A stretch of DNA of 64,000 nt from Squalus acanthias (Eukaryota): contig CM059432.1 in the NCBI GenBank assembly GCA_030390025.1, positions 130,698,001-130,762,000 of the forward strand, read 5' to 3'. The position numbers were made by a program, and so were the translations under genes. The number at the start of each line of letters is the position of its first letter. Within the stretch, counting starts at the first letter, position 1. Positions 24,632 through 38,120 of the stretch are shown here, piece after piece. Below the pieces are notes generated by a model. The model worked only from the letters and a program-made list of their open reading frames with translations. It was not told where the DNA came from and did not search any database.

Positions 24632-25539
24632 TTAATTCAAAGAATTCACTGATGTGAATTTGAAAAGTTTTTTTTCATTTAATCAATTTTATTTATAGAT
24701 CATGAGGGACAATCTTAAATAAGACTTCTGCTAGCTAAATCGCCACTGCATTTACAACATACTGATGTTGTTTATAAGGGAAGCTCACTGTTGCTTCTCA
24801 GCGTAAAATGCAAGCAAGTGATTTAAAATAATTGGAAGATGCTGAGTCATTACTGCACAAAATATCTCAGTTCACTGTGCTTGCAACCTTGTGATTTGTC
24901 ACGCTTTAATCCCAGTAAAACTGTGCACTCCCTTTCCTTGTTTGTGCACTTTTTATGCAACAATAAAGTCTGCAATTTTATTTGCACTTCGAAATCTATC
25001 GTCTTATCTGTCAGTGCAGTGTAGGTGGAGTAAAAAGTCATTCAACATCTTGCTGCTGCCACAGTTTAAATCGTTGCAGAAGTGCTCAGAAATCCCACCT
25101 TCATTCGTGTGGGGTCCCAGGAAAAGTCCCTCTGCACAGGCAGGCACTTGCCATACATACTAAATTGGGGCCAGATTGAAAGGTGCAGCAGAAACAAACA
25201 GTCATTCACAGTTTATTAAATTAATGGGTGGAAAATCAGCTGAGCTCCATTACAGACGTGCGACTCTCCCTGCCTGATTTTCCTTTATCTGAGGAAAGAA
25301 AGACCTCAGGATGTCCCGAAACGCTTTACAGCCAGTCGAGTACTTTTGAAGTGTAGTCACTGTTGTAATCTACTCTTGTCAGGCAATGGTATACATACAA
25401 GAACGAAAGGGGAAATTCTGCCCCGGTGTGTCTTAAAACTACAAACTCTTCAAAAGAAAAAAACTTCTGTTAAATCAGCAGTGGAATTACTGAAGAGTGA
25501 CCAACTGCACAGTTCTTACATTCTCAGTGTTTGGATCTT

Positions 25540-26078
25540 TTTTTAAATTCGTATATGGGATATGGGCATCGCTGGCAAGGCCAGCATTTATTGCCCATCC
25601 CTAATTGCCCTTGAGCCGCTTTCTTGAACCGCTGCAGTCCGTGTGGTGAAGGTACTCCCGCAGCGCTGTTAGGGAGGGAGTTCCAGGATTTTGACCCAGC
25701 GACGATGAAGGATCGGCAATATACTTCTAAGTCAGGATGGTGTGTGACTTGGAGGGGAACTTGGAGGTGGTGGTGTTCCCATGCGCCTGCTGCCCTTGTC
25801 CTTCTAGGTGGAAGAGGTCAAGGGTTTGGGAGGTGCTGCCGAAGAAGCCTTGGCGAGTTGCTGCAGTGCATCTTGTAGCTGGTACACACTGCAGCCACGG
25901 TACGCTGGTGGTGGAGGGACTGAATGTTTAAGGTGGTGGATGGGGTGCCAATCAAGCGGGCTGCTTTGTCTTGGATGGTGTCGAGCTTCTTGAGTGTTGT
26001 TGGAGCTGCAGTCATCCAGGCAAGTGGAGAGTATTCCATCACACTCCTTACTTGTGCCTTGTAGATGGTAGAAAGGCT
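25540..26078 (-). mobile_element. CR1-group LINE family B 3' fragment
   Basis: IYKAQVRSVMEYSPLAW...; family tail. Confidence 0.92.
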
Positions 26079-28047
26079 TATAGTGAGAAACTGTATTTGA
26101 TTTAATATGAACACTGTTGGATTGAAATTTTTAGTGTTGGTAACACTGTTAGCACAAAACCACAGACAAATAGGGAACAGTGTTCAAAGTAGATTCTATT
26201 GATTGTTCGCCGATTCACCGACAGAATTTCTTTCTTCTATACAGGCAGGCCTGGTTCCAATTGAAAGCCAATACGCTTCATTTGCTCATTTTAAACATTT
26301 TCCCCACATTCAGCCTTATGAACTGTTTAATTGGGAGACAGCTTATCTTGCAATTTGAATAATCGTTTTTTTCCTAACTGCGTCTTGAATTGTTTAAGAT
26401 GCACATTTTAGAACTAGATAATTAACTTATGTCTTTCTGAGTTTTTAAAAGTTAGATTTTTCTCCCCTTTATTGAGATTTCCTGCTGCTTTTGCACTGTT
26501 CCCCCACTTGTTGCGTGGCATGCTGCCAAACCTCTGGCTATGCGTCCTGTCAACTGCCACTTGGAAGCACACAAGAACTTGGGGTAACCTATCCTCCAAT
26601 TTTACCTGTCTCTGGAGGGACCACCTCTCTGTGACAGCTCATCCAAGATGGAGGAAAACGGATTCAAAAGCCTCCATCCTACCAACCCATAATGCATTAC
26701 GTCAGTAATGAACATGCTCTGTCACTGGGCTGTCTCAATTTATTGTAGACTTTTCCATTTTGCCATCCCATTCTGTGACTTTCACGTTATGTACTTGCTC
26801 AGGATTTTACCACTGGGCGTGAAATTATCTGCATTGTTTTTGCAGAACCGAGTAAAGCTGATGTAATCCTACGAGGATTTGTCATGTGCATTAGTGGGGA
26901 GATTGAAGTTGACAACGACAAATGATATTATTGCTTATGTCTATTCCAATGCGATCCCAGAATTGGTTTTAAGGTACATGGTTTCAATGCACACTTAATA
27001 TGCTTGTACACTATGAATACAAGTGGCACAAAAATCTGCTTGCAGTCAATCCCAGCATAAGTGCCATGACTGACTTGCTGTCAGAATATCCAGAGTTCGG
27101 GGAGATTGCACCCATATTACTAGGAGGTGTCAGTTGCCACTGTGGGCACATTCCAAGTGCCCAGCCAGAGCAGAGGGGATCGGAGAGACAACGCTGGCTG
27201 GCTACTCGTTGCTGTGTTGGTGCCACCAGTACAAGGGCAGTTTTGAGGGGGCACATTGACCCCATTGTATGGAGAGCTGATTCACCCAGAGAGATGTCAT
27301 CATTATATTGGGGGTCCTAGACCCTAAATACCAGTCGTCAAGGATACCCCAGGCTGGAGCTAAGGAAATTCCTGATGTGGGAATTCCCTATTCCCTAGCC
27401 ACCCCAACCCCACCCTGCTACGTCATCTCAAACAATATCAAATAAAAGTATTACATAAAAATAAGCACTGATGTGGGACTTTAAAAAGGGGATTGAAGAT
27501 ATAAATATTTTAATTCATTTACCTATCTACTGTATATGTAATTAAAAATCTTACATCTGCTCACCTTGATCCCAATTGTTCCCCACCCTCCAACTTCGCT
27601 TCACCTGAAGACCACACTTGGTTTTGAGCCCCCCCCCCATGTGCTACACCACAGGAGATTGACCTATTGTCAATAAATATATCATATTGTTGGATGTAAA
27701 TTGATATGATTCTCCCTCTGGAATCTCACCATTCATCTCATCGGTCGGGAATTTCCTCGAAGCTGCTCCCGCTCCGTCGCTTTAACTTTTGTGTAAACCG
27801 GGTTTCTGCCGCACTTCCGGCAAAGTTACGGGGCAAAGCGGGAGCAGCTCTAGCAAGTGTCCTGCATTGTCTCTTTTGACAAATATGTATGTACTGTACC
27901 TAGTTTTCTGATATTGCTGCTAGTATGACTTGTATTATTTGCAGGTACTGCAGCTTCTGGTATGCCATAAATATTTGCCCTTAAGAGGAGCCATTACTTT
28001 CTAGCCAGAAAACTATGCGGGGGAGGGAAATCAATGATCTACATATA

Positions 28048-28750
28048 GGGCTGGATTTTCATTGACCCGTGGAGGCAGGTTTGGAGGCGTGTGGGGGGTT
28101 AAAATTGCAAAAACTGGCGGGTGGGCACAAGTCCACCTCCATCCCGCCTCCACGCAATTTTCATTAAATCGTGTCTGCTGGTCCCGACTGCGTTCCGCCT
28201 TTAAGAGACGGGATAGGCTGTTAAGGCCCTTAACAAGCACTAAATTGGCTCTATAATGCCATTTTGAAAGGCCTTTGTGATTTTAACCCTTGTTCTACGT
28301 GAAGCACGCCTGTTCTGAACCACGATTGTGAAACCTGGCGGGAGCACATTTGGATAGCTGACTATCAGTGGCTGGGCTGACTATCAGTGAGTGAGTGAGT
28401 GGCTGGCTGGCATCTGGGAGTGGTGGTGCAAAAAAAAACCTCTCTCTCTCTCTCTCTCTCTCTCATATCTGGGAGCAGACTTGGAGCTGCTGCTCATTTT
28501 GTATCCAGGTCCTCTCACAGCAAAGGCCAGGCAGTCTCTGAAGACCTTCAATGCAGCAGCAATGATGACATCATCAGAGGCGACTTTCAGACTGAAAACA
28601 CTAATTGGTTCATGGGTTCCCACATGCTGGAACTCAATTGCCCAATTAGGTGAAAATTGCATCAATCTCCCACATCCAATTGCAGTCGGGTGGATAACAC
28701 GAAAAACGGATGACACGACCCCAACCTGCCCCAGTATCAAAATCCAGCCC
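28048..28750. mobile_element. Harbinger-like MITE (703 bp)
   Basis: Perfect 12-bp TIR GGGCTGGATTTT; 3-bp TSD ATA. Confidence 0.85.
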
Positions 28751-30749
28751 ATAGACATCATCGGAGATGTTGCTGGTTACACACAATTGCCTTTTACACA
28801 TAATTTCTCTCCAATGCAATAGCCGACCCTCCTCTCTGATAGAACCCAACTGTTGCTTGGACACGCTGGCCGATCAGATAGCAAGGTCAACATTCCAGCA
28901 TCAGCATTCTTGCCAGTCAGAGCTTGTTCTGTTGAAAATCACATCTCTGCTTGCTCCAATGGAATAAGCACCTATCAGCAGATCAGCTGGCACTGGAACG
29001 GCTGATCGTGCAGCTTATCTGCTGGTCTTCTGGCTGACAGTGGGGTCAGGTTGGGTTGGGCTTGACTGCAAGGTCAAGGTACGGTGAGAGTGGATGCTGT
29101 GTTGAGGTTTGGGGTCTGTGGAGAGCGAGGGCTGGGGGTTGGAGATGTGGATTGATTTACAAAGGATACAAAATCAAAAAGACACCCATTTGAACGCTTG
29201 GAATGGTGAACAGGCAGGCACGGTTTCCTAAATCGAGTAAATGGAGTCCTGGGTTTGTGCCAGTACACTCTTTGCAATGTTTTCATAGGGGCATATGATA
29301 AACCACTCAAATCAGAATTCACAACATTTAAAACAGTACCATTATCCAAAGCTTTTCTCTCAATCTGAGCTCAGGAATTGGGAAGTATCTTGGTGAGAAC
29401 ATTTCTTTACCCATTGGGCAGATTGTTTTGGCTTCATTGTTACGAGGTAGAATTTTTTTTTCCTGAAAAATTGGTGAGAAAATTGGAGATTCTGAAGAGA
29501 AGTTTTGCCTAATGTGATTAGAAAATCATGAAAGTAGAAAATAGCCAATTAGAGAGGAGATAAATGCAGAGTCTTAAAATATTTAACCATTGAAGAAGAA
29601 AATAGACAGACTCAAGGGTCATAATGTAGATATGGGTCATGCCAGACACAAGAAATATATAAACGTATTTTCTCCTTCGTACTCATTCTCCCTATCCTCT
29701 CTCTCTCTTTTTTCTCCCTTCTGGAGGGGCCTCCCGCTATTGTGCTTTGTTCTTCAGCCACGGTGCTCAGCCAAGCTGAACTATTGAGTTCTCTGGCTCC
29801 TGTGAATGCTGCTCTGTGGCCAACTGACAGCACAGGGCCAAAAATCCTCCAATAAACGATGGATCTGGGGCGCAAATTGTGCACAGGTGGCCCAGCTGAG
29901 ACATGACTTCTGGTGGGACCAGCAAATGTAAGGCTCCTGCTCAGAATCCCACTGGCTGTCAATTCCCGACAGGGCCTGGGCGGGAGGGAGCAGAGTAGCT
30001 GGTCATCCCAACCCATCACAAATAAGAAAGGCAGGGCTGAGGGGATGGATTTCTCAGGTCAGGAATATCCTTGACCCCCGCTGCCCTAACCCCACAAGCG
30101 ATCTGGGCTCTGGATGAACCCGACAGCCAGCGAAAGTGGAGCCCACTTGAAGGTCCAAGCCACAGTGCTGTTGGTGGTGTCTAGGCAACGAGCATTTACC
30201 ACCCACGCCCCCCCCCACCCCTCCCCCCCCCCAGTTGGTGCCTGAGACCACTTATATTGGTTGAGGCACTCACTGAAGATACTTAAATCCATTGACCCCC
30301 ATCCTGACCCTGGATACTCTGGCGAGGTCAGATGTGGAAATCCCCAACACCCAACCTGCTGCACAAACCAGTTCAGCTGGGCTGAGGATTTTCAGCCCCA
30401 GACCCGTCCTGTTGGTATTTTCTTTCCTGAAGATGGATTCTTCCATTAAGTATTCTTTCTCATGCCCCAGGCTAGGATTTACAATATTCCCAAGGAAAAT
30501 TGAATTCAGGCTGTCTGGATTAGTGTTTTAATGCTACACTGCCATAACAGCTGCAAACTCAAACTGTAATGCATCATTCAGTTCTCAGTAAATGTGTATG
30601 AAGGTTTGATTCATGTGCCCGATTTTCCCCTTAGCCCTCCGCTCGAACGTAAATGAAATGGAGCGCACCCAAGGTGTCTCCGAACCGAAGGCAGCAGAAC
30701 CCACCTGTATTTTCAGAGTTCAGATATTTCACATAGAATGGGTGTGTGG

Positions 30750-31830
30750 TGGGTGCCCATTATGGAAATTAGCTGATTGACAAGAAGCAATGGGGAGTGA
30801 GGGACGTGATGTTGAGCTGGGGAGATTTGCTGAGTGGAGTGGCCCAGGGATCAGTTCTGTGGCCCCTATTGTTTCAGATCTACATAAAATGATCCAGATT
30901 CAGAAATGCAGTGTAACTGGGCCAAATATGCTGATGATATTAAATTGGAGAGTGGGAGGGAGCAAGCGAGTCTGTGTAACAGCTGAGGAATTACAGAAGG
31001 CTCTCGACAATATTTGCAAATGGGCAGCACTATGGCAAATGAAATTCAATGCAGATAAGTACAAGATCTTAAACACTGGGAGAAGAAAGTGGTGAATGTA
31101 ATGAATGGTGTTGCACAAGCTAAGGGAGAGGCTTAAAGAAATCCGGTAGTCATCATAAACTCTATAGTTCTGCCCATTTACAAGTATTGTCGAGGGCCTT
31201 CTGTAATTCCTCAGCTGTTTCATCAGACCCTGTTGCTCTCTCCGATCCTCCAATTTAATACCATTTGCAAATTTGGCTCAGTTACAATGCATTTTTGAAA
31301 CTAGATCATTTATGTTGGTAGTAAGGTCTACACTGACTATGTCGAGTCATCGCAGAGCAGCAATTAACAAAGTAAACAATGTTGTGCTAAATAGTCAAAT
31401 CAATAGAGTTAACGTCAGGAGTGAGGTAAAACTTGATCCCTAGCGTCAGAGGTTTGAGTTATGAGGAAAGGTTTAAAAAGATTAGATTCCTCAGCCTTGA
31501 AAGGAGGCATGCAAGATGGGATCTTATGGAGACATATTAAATAGCATAGGAAAGGTTAATCCTGAGCAAAATTTCAAGTTACACCACCAACTGCAAGATG
31601 AGAGGGCATTATTCAAATTGGTAAATGACAACTTCAGGACAGATGCCAGGAAGCATTTCTTTGCCTAATTAACGGAATGGTCTTCCAGGAACAGTAGTGG
31701 AGGTAAACGTCTCTGGATTCAGTCAAGAGGCAATTGGATGCTGTGATGGGCAACTGTCAGCTCTATGGAAAGATGAGCTAGATGGGTTGAATAACCACCT
31801 TCAGCTGTTCTTTTCTTTGTGATCTCTGTG
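30750..31830 (+). mobile_element. Old CR1 LINE fragment with internal inverted duplication
   Basis: EELQKALDNICKWA..WQMKFNADKYKIL; decayed CR1 3' end near 31800. Confidence 0.75.
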
Positions 31831-32659
31831 ACTTGGATGAATACAAAAACGAAGATCACTTCAAAAAAGTAAACAGGTTTTTTTTGTGGAGTTTTTGATC
31901 AAATCTGTATTATACAGTATACAGACCAATTTTTTTTCCTGTTACTCCTGCCTATCAAAAGTATGATGTCAATCCTATGGTTGACGAGCAGAAATTTTGG
32001 ACTGATAAACACAAAATGAAGGTTGGGGAAATCAATGTCCACTGCATGAACAATGAAACTTAAACCCTGCATAAACATGGTTCAAGTAACCTTCTCTTTG
32101 ACACAAGAGAGTTCTCCCTATTATGTACCTGTCTCACTTGGGATCTCCAATAGCAGAGCTGAGGGAATAGATTTTCACATCTGGGTACTGTGTACTGTTG
32201 TGTATATACTCAGAGCAGGTATATAGGGATGCTTCTCTAGATTATCACGAGACAACCCTCATACAGTATGGTCTCAGACCACCACTTGCAAGAATCAACA
32301 GGAAGCAGGATTTGATGAAAGTTGAGCTATCTCCCAGTGTCTTGGAACCTGAGCTCTTGACACGAGTCCCCCTGTTTCATCCAGGCTTATAACTACCTCT
32401 GACACGAGGACCCGAACACCAGCAACATATTAACATGCATGTAGGCTGCCCAACCTATAAAGCTCACTTCAAGCTTGAGCCCTCCCTACAAGAAAAAACA
32501 TTTTTATTAACTTGCATATGTCAGTCACTATATTCTTAAAAGGTTTAATCTTTGTTATTGTTTGGATTCTGCAATGTGAATCATTACCACAAATCTCACT
32601 GCTGCTAGAGTTAACCCCCAGACAGCAGTGTCAGTTCCTTTACAATATTGAATCTTCAG

Positions 32660-33440
32660 GGGGGGCATCAGGATAGTTGAATTTAGAGGTGAGACAGGCA
32701 TTTTTTGAGAGTTTAAGCAGCAGAAGGACTGAGGTAGGGGCAGAGATGGACAATGTTACAGATGCAGAAGTAACATCTGTCTTTGTGATGGAGAGGATAT
32801 GGGGCTAGAAGCTCAGCTTAGGAACAAGTAGGACTCTGAGGTTGCAAACAATCTGATTCAGCCTGAGACACTGGCCGGGGAGGGGGGATCAATTAGTGGC
32901 AATGATACAGAGTTTGTGATGGGGTTGAGAACGATGGCTTCAGTCTTCCCAATATTTAACCAGAGGAAATTGTGGCTCATCCAAGATCCAAGACTGGATA
33001 TCGGACAAGCATTTTGACAACACCCAGGCAAGGCAGGGATCGAGAGAGGTGGTGGAGAGGTGCCATCAGAGAACATGTGGAAGCTGACCCCATGTCTGAG
33101 GATGATGTCGCCAAGGGGCAGCATGTAGATTGAGGAGAGCAGGAGGCCAAGGATAAATCCTTGGGGGACTCCGGAGTAACTGGGTGGGAAGAGACAATCC
33201 GACAGGTAAGAGTGAAAACAAGTGAGGGCAGCCCCACTGAGCTGGATAATAGAGTAAAGGTATCTGAGGATGGTGTGATTGACTCTGTCGAAGGCTGCAA
33301 AGAGTAGGAGGATGGGGCCGGGGGTGGCGAGAATAATGCGCCACAGTCACAGAGGATGTCACTTTGGTTAGAGCCATTTTGGTGCTGTGGTGGGAATGGA
33401 AAATTGATTGGAGGGATTTAAACAGGGAGTTGCAGGTAAG
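32660..33440 (-). mobile_element. Old L2 LINE fragment
   Basis: MLPLGDII.RHGVSFHMFSD, WMSHNFLWLNIGKTEAIV. Confidence 0.8.
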
Positions 33441-33818
33441 GATAAGCCTCGTTGTCCCCCTTTTATTTCGGTGACCAGAACTGGATAGAGTACTCAAGAT
33501 GTCTTCCAACAATGAATAATATGGGATCGAAGGATAAACAGATCTTTAGGAAATTTGTTCAATTTACGATGGGTCAAGCCGGGAGAAACTTTACAAAATC
33601 ATTTATTAGGCAAAGAAATGAGTCCATGATACATCAGATTGTGGAAGGAACACCAGCCTAACCAATATTTTGTACAAATTTGACATTATTTCTTTACTCT
33701 TAGTCCATGCACTGACTTATCATACTTTAATCAAGTATATTTACCTATCATTTATTAAAAATCTTGCATCTGTGAGCACTTCCTATCAGCTTTTTCCTAT
33801 TATAACTATCTATGTTAT

Positions 33819-34243
33819 ACACGGTGGCATAGTGGTTAGCACTGGTGTCTCACAGCGCCAGGGACCTGGGTTCGAATCTGACCTCGGGTGACTGTCTGTG
33901 TGGAGTTTGCACATTCTCCCCGTGTCTGCGTGGGTTTCCTCCGGGTGCTCCGGTTTCCTCCCACAGTCCAAAAATGTGCGGGTTAGGTTGATTTGGCTAT
34001 GATAAATTGACCCTTAGTGTTAGGGGGGGATTAAATATGTGTGGATAGGATGGGATATGTTAGGGTGAATTAAATACGTGGGGGTACGGGGGTAGGGTGG
34101 GATATGTGTACTGTGGGGATTAAAGCAGGGACAGGGTACTGGATTTGGATGATCAGCCATGATCGTATTGAATGGTGGAGCAGGCTCGACGGGCCGAATG
34201 GCCTACTCCTGCTCCTAGATTCTATGTTTCTATGTTTCTATGT
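33819..34243 (+). mobile_element. HE1-type V-SINE
   Basis: tRNA head, V-domain GTGTGGAGTTTGCACATTCTCCCCGTGTCTGCGTGGGTTTCCTCCGGGTGCTCCGG, CR1-type tail with (TTCTATGT)n. Confidence 0.92.
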
Positions 34244-35899
34244 CTGTATCACATTGCTGTTTGTGGGAGCTTGCTGTGCGCAAATTGGTTGCCGTGTTTC
34301 CTACATTACAAAAGTGACTACACTTCAAAAGTACTTCATTGGCTGTAAAGTGCTTTGGGATGTCCTGAGGTCATGAAAGGCACGACAGAAATGCAAGTCT
34401 TTCTTTACATAGGCAGTTTACATTTATAACTGAAAACTAGTCACGCTGTAATGGCATCCTCCTGCAAGTGGTGGCACTGTGTTCCAGCTCCTCTGGCTGT
34501 ATTGCAGGGATACTCCTATGCTCTAACCAACTCTAACTTCTCTGCTTCCCAAGATGCTGTAAGTTCTGCTGTTAAACTACAACGATTATTTTTGTGGATC
34601 TCGGAGGAGCACTCCTGCCCCCACCAACCCACAAAAATAATTAAAAACTTACCTTGGCTGGGCCTCGTTGGCTCTGTTACCCTAGGAACTGGTCGGAATG
34701 TGCAGGGTGCCCGCTCCGACCAATTTCAACCTAAAATGGCAAGAGAGATCCTGGGACCCTCATTTGCATATTAAAAGGGACCTACTGCCTGAGACAGGTG
34801 GGCGCATCGCGAGGCAATGCAGTTCCCCCCCACCCCCTTGCAAAATGTCACCGGCCTATTCGTCGGCGTTAACGGGACGGTGAGGCTTCCGACCCCATTT
34901 TACTGGGCCGTTAACGCGGTATAAGTGAAAGTTAACCCCGATGGCTTTGAACTGGGGACTGATTATGTCTCTATGCTCTGGTCTGCTTATTGCCTGCCCT
35001 CTCTCTGACCCCTGGTTCCCCACTTGGTGTTGACTCCCTATGTCCAATGATATTGGGGAATCAACTATTTGTAGAAAAATGCTTCATTTTTTTATTAAAC
35101 TACTCCAGGAAGGTGGATTATTCACGTTCAGATTATTGAAATGCCAGAGGCGGCTGCTGTGTGTTAAAGGCTGCAATAGTCGCCTGGAGGAATCTGACCT
35201 CCCCAACTCAAGTCCTCCTAAATAGCTCCAACATTCCTTCAACAAGAACAAACCCTGCAGTACTGTTGATAGTACCATAACATAGCATTACTTAAAACAT
35301 TACTGCATTTACAGCTAACACTATCCATGAAACCTAAAAACAAACTTTTTAAACATTTTAAAAGAGATGCATTGCATTAGTCCCTTTTAATAAAGGAAGC
35401 ATCTTCGGCTGAAATTCGGGTTCCATATTACAGAAGAAATAGGAGCAGGAGTAGGCCAGACGGCCCCTCGAGCCTGCTGTACCATTCAGTAAGATCAGGG
35501 CTGATCTTCGACCTCAACTCCATCTTCCATATTCCCAACGGCAGCAGCAGATGTGAATTCTTATCAATTTTAACTACTTTTAAACAAGTTTGTTCCCACA
35601 GTTTTCACTGATGTATTTTTTTTTTAATTGGTAAATTATGGATTATTTTGTGAGCTGATATACGAAAGCTTTTTACGGATTATGAAATTCAGCTATTTCA
35701 TTTCTTAAGCATTGATATTTCAAAACGAATTCTGGGCTGAGAATAAGATGCTCAACAATTTTGACGAAATTTAGTTTCCAAAGATGGGTAACTTTGTAAT
35801 AAACGGCTGTAAATATAAATGACTGTGCAATGACACCAAGGAGAGACCTGCCAGTGCTGGGGCTGAGGACCAGATCAGACAGTCTCACTGTTTCTAAGG

Positions 35900-36117
35900 C
35901 GACAGATCTTTTCCAGATGATCGCACATCGCCAGGGGGCGGAAGGTGTGAGACTTGTCTAAGAGACTCGCGCGCGAACATCAGGCTCAGTGCTCGATCCG
36001 CCCCGAGTGTCGCTGCAAGTGGGTGGTTCTGCTTCAGACTCCAAGCTCGCTCGGGTTGGTTTGTTTTATGTTGCTGAAGCTACCGAAAGATGGATAATTA
36101 CTTATGATCGGTCGCAG
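35900..36117 (+). promoter_or_regulatory. Candidate promoter and non-coding first exon of the ankyrin-repeat gene
   Basis: Non-repeat CpG cluster, CTCF-like CGCCAGGGGGCGG, TCGCGCGCGA, GC box CCGCCCC; candidate donor CAG|GCGAGT at 36117. Confidence 0.6.
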
Positions 36118-36409
36118 GCGAGTGTTTAAATCTAGAAGTAGCTATAAGAGATTTGTTTTAACAATAGGTGTCCCCCTCCCCTCAGATATATGTTTTTATT
36201 ACTGTTGTCTGAATGTTTACATTCTTTAAAATTGAGGCGACACTTTTTTTTTTAACTTGGTAATTTGCAATTAACATATTTCTTCTATAATTTGAATGAT
36301 TGATGTGTTTGGAAAGTGTGAGCTGTTAATTACTGGAAAGAAAGATTCTGCGGACTTTCACTGAGTCGTATTTCTCTCCGTGTGTTTCCAGGTTTCAGTG
36401 AAAAGTGTA

Positions 36410-36484
36410 ATGTCACTGAAGAAATCAAATCAAGTCAGGCCACTCACCTCTGAAAATCTAGCCACAGTTTCCAGCAACAAACAG
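36410..36484 (+). CDS. Ankyrin-repeat gene, first coding exon (MSLKKSNQVRPLTSENLATVSSNKQ)
   Basis: Acceptor tttccag at 36391, ATG at 36410, donor CAG|gtaact; phase 0 fits the next exon. Confidence 0.6.
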
Positions 36485-36685
36485 GTAACTTTTATAATGT
36501 TCTGTCTAAAACTCCTCTATTTCTCTTCCCCACCCCCCATATATTCCAAGGTTTATTGTTAAGTGCTGTGACTGAGATCTCCATAATTGGTTTCATGAGG
36601 TTGGGGCTGGGATGCCCTGCAGCAATAGCAGCTTCCTCTGCAATTAACCAGCTTGGAAGGTCATTTAAGGAAACCCTGTACCATT

Positions 36686-36995
36686 ACTATAGCAAAATAC
36701 TGCAGATGCTGGAAATCCGAAATAACAACAGAAACCGCTGGAAAAACTCAGCAGGCGAGGCAGCATCCGTGGAGAGAGAAACAGAGTTAACGTTTCAGGT
36801 CGAAGTCCTTTCGTCAGAACTGGAAATAGCAGGAAATGAAATAGATTTAAGGCAAGGATAAAGCTGGGAGAAGGGGGAAGGGATTAAGAACAAAAGGAGA
36901 GATTAAGAGACATTAAGAGATGATCAAGGCAAGAGGTGGTGTTAATGTGACAGGTTGAGGCTAAAAGAAGTGTGAAATACACTGGCAGAATGAAG
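36686..36995 (-). mobile_element. Penelope-like terminal fragment (family 2) with hammerhead motif at 36785-36821
   Basis: AGTT-CTGACGA-A-AGGACttcGACCT-GAAA-CGTT-AACT; 8-bp TSD GTACCATT. Confidence 0.8.
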
Positions 36996-37206
36996 GTACC
37001 ATTGGTTGTTTCCTCCCCCACCCTTCTGCTTCATGTACCCTGTTAATTGCAGATGAAGTCCTAATCTGGGCAAGTCTGATCACGAAGTATTTCTTCTGTT
37101 ATTTACAAGTACTGTAGCAAAATATTATCGATGTACCAAAAATACATTATACATATATGCATAACAAACAGCCACGGACACATACACACAAACATCAGCC
37201 CACGTA

Positions 37207-38120
37207 GAATCATACAATCTTACAGCACAGAAGGAGGCCATTCAGCCCATCGTGCCTGTGCCGACTCTTTGAAAGAGCTATTCAATTAGTCCCAGTCCCC
37301 TGCATGTATTTATCCAATTCACTTTTGAAAGTTTTTATTGTATCTGCTTCCACCACCCTTTCAGGCAGTGCATTCCAGATCATAACAGCTTGCTGCGTGA
37401 AAAAAAATTCTTCTCATCTTGATTCTGGCTCTTTTGCCAATCACCTTAAATCTGTGTCCTCTGGTTACCAACCCTTCAGCCAGTGGAAACAGTTCCTCCT
37501 TATTTACTCTATCTTCATGATTTTGAACACCTCTATTAAATCTCCCCTTAACTTTCTCTGCTCTAAGGAGAACAATCCCAGCTTCTCTAGTCTCTCCATG
37601 TAACCGAAGTCTTTCATCCCTGGTACCATTCTGGTAAATCTCCTCTGCACCCTCTCTAAGGTCTTGACATCCTTCCTAAAGTGTGGTGCTCAGAATTGGA
37701 CACAATACTCCAGCTGGGGCCTAACCAGTGATTTATAAAGGTTTAACATAACTTCCTTGCTTTTGTACTCTATTAATAAAGCCAAGGATCCCATATGCTC
37801 TTTTAACAGCCTTCTCAACTTTTCCTGCCACCTTCGAAGATTTATGTACATACATCTCCAGGTCTCTGTTCCTTCACCCCCTTTAAAATTGTACCATTTA
37901 GTTTATACTGTCTCATTCTTCCTACCAAAATGCATCACTTCACACTTCTGTGTTAAATTTCATCTGCCATGTGCCTGCCCATTTCACCAGTCTATCTATA
38001 TCTTCCTGAACTTTGCTACTATCCTCCTCACTGTTTACGACATTGCCAAGTTTCGTGCCATCTGCAAACTTTGAAATTACGCCCTGTATGCCCAAGTCCA
38101 GCTCATTAATACATAACAAA
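37207..38120 (-). mobile_element. CR1 LINE 3' fragment
   Basis: Reverse-complement similarity to 3100-4065. Confidence 0.9.
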
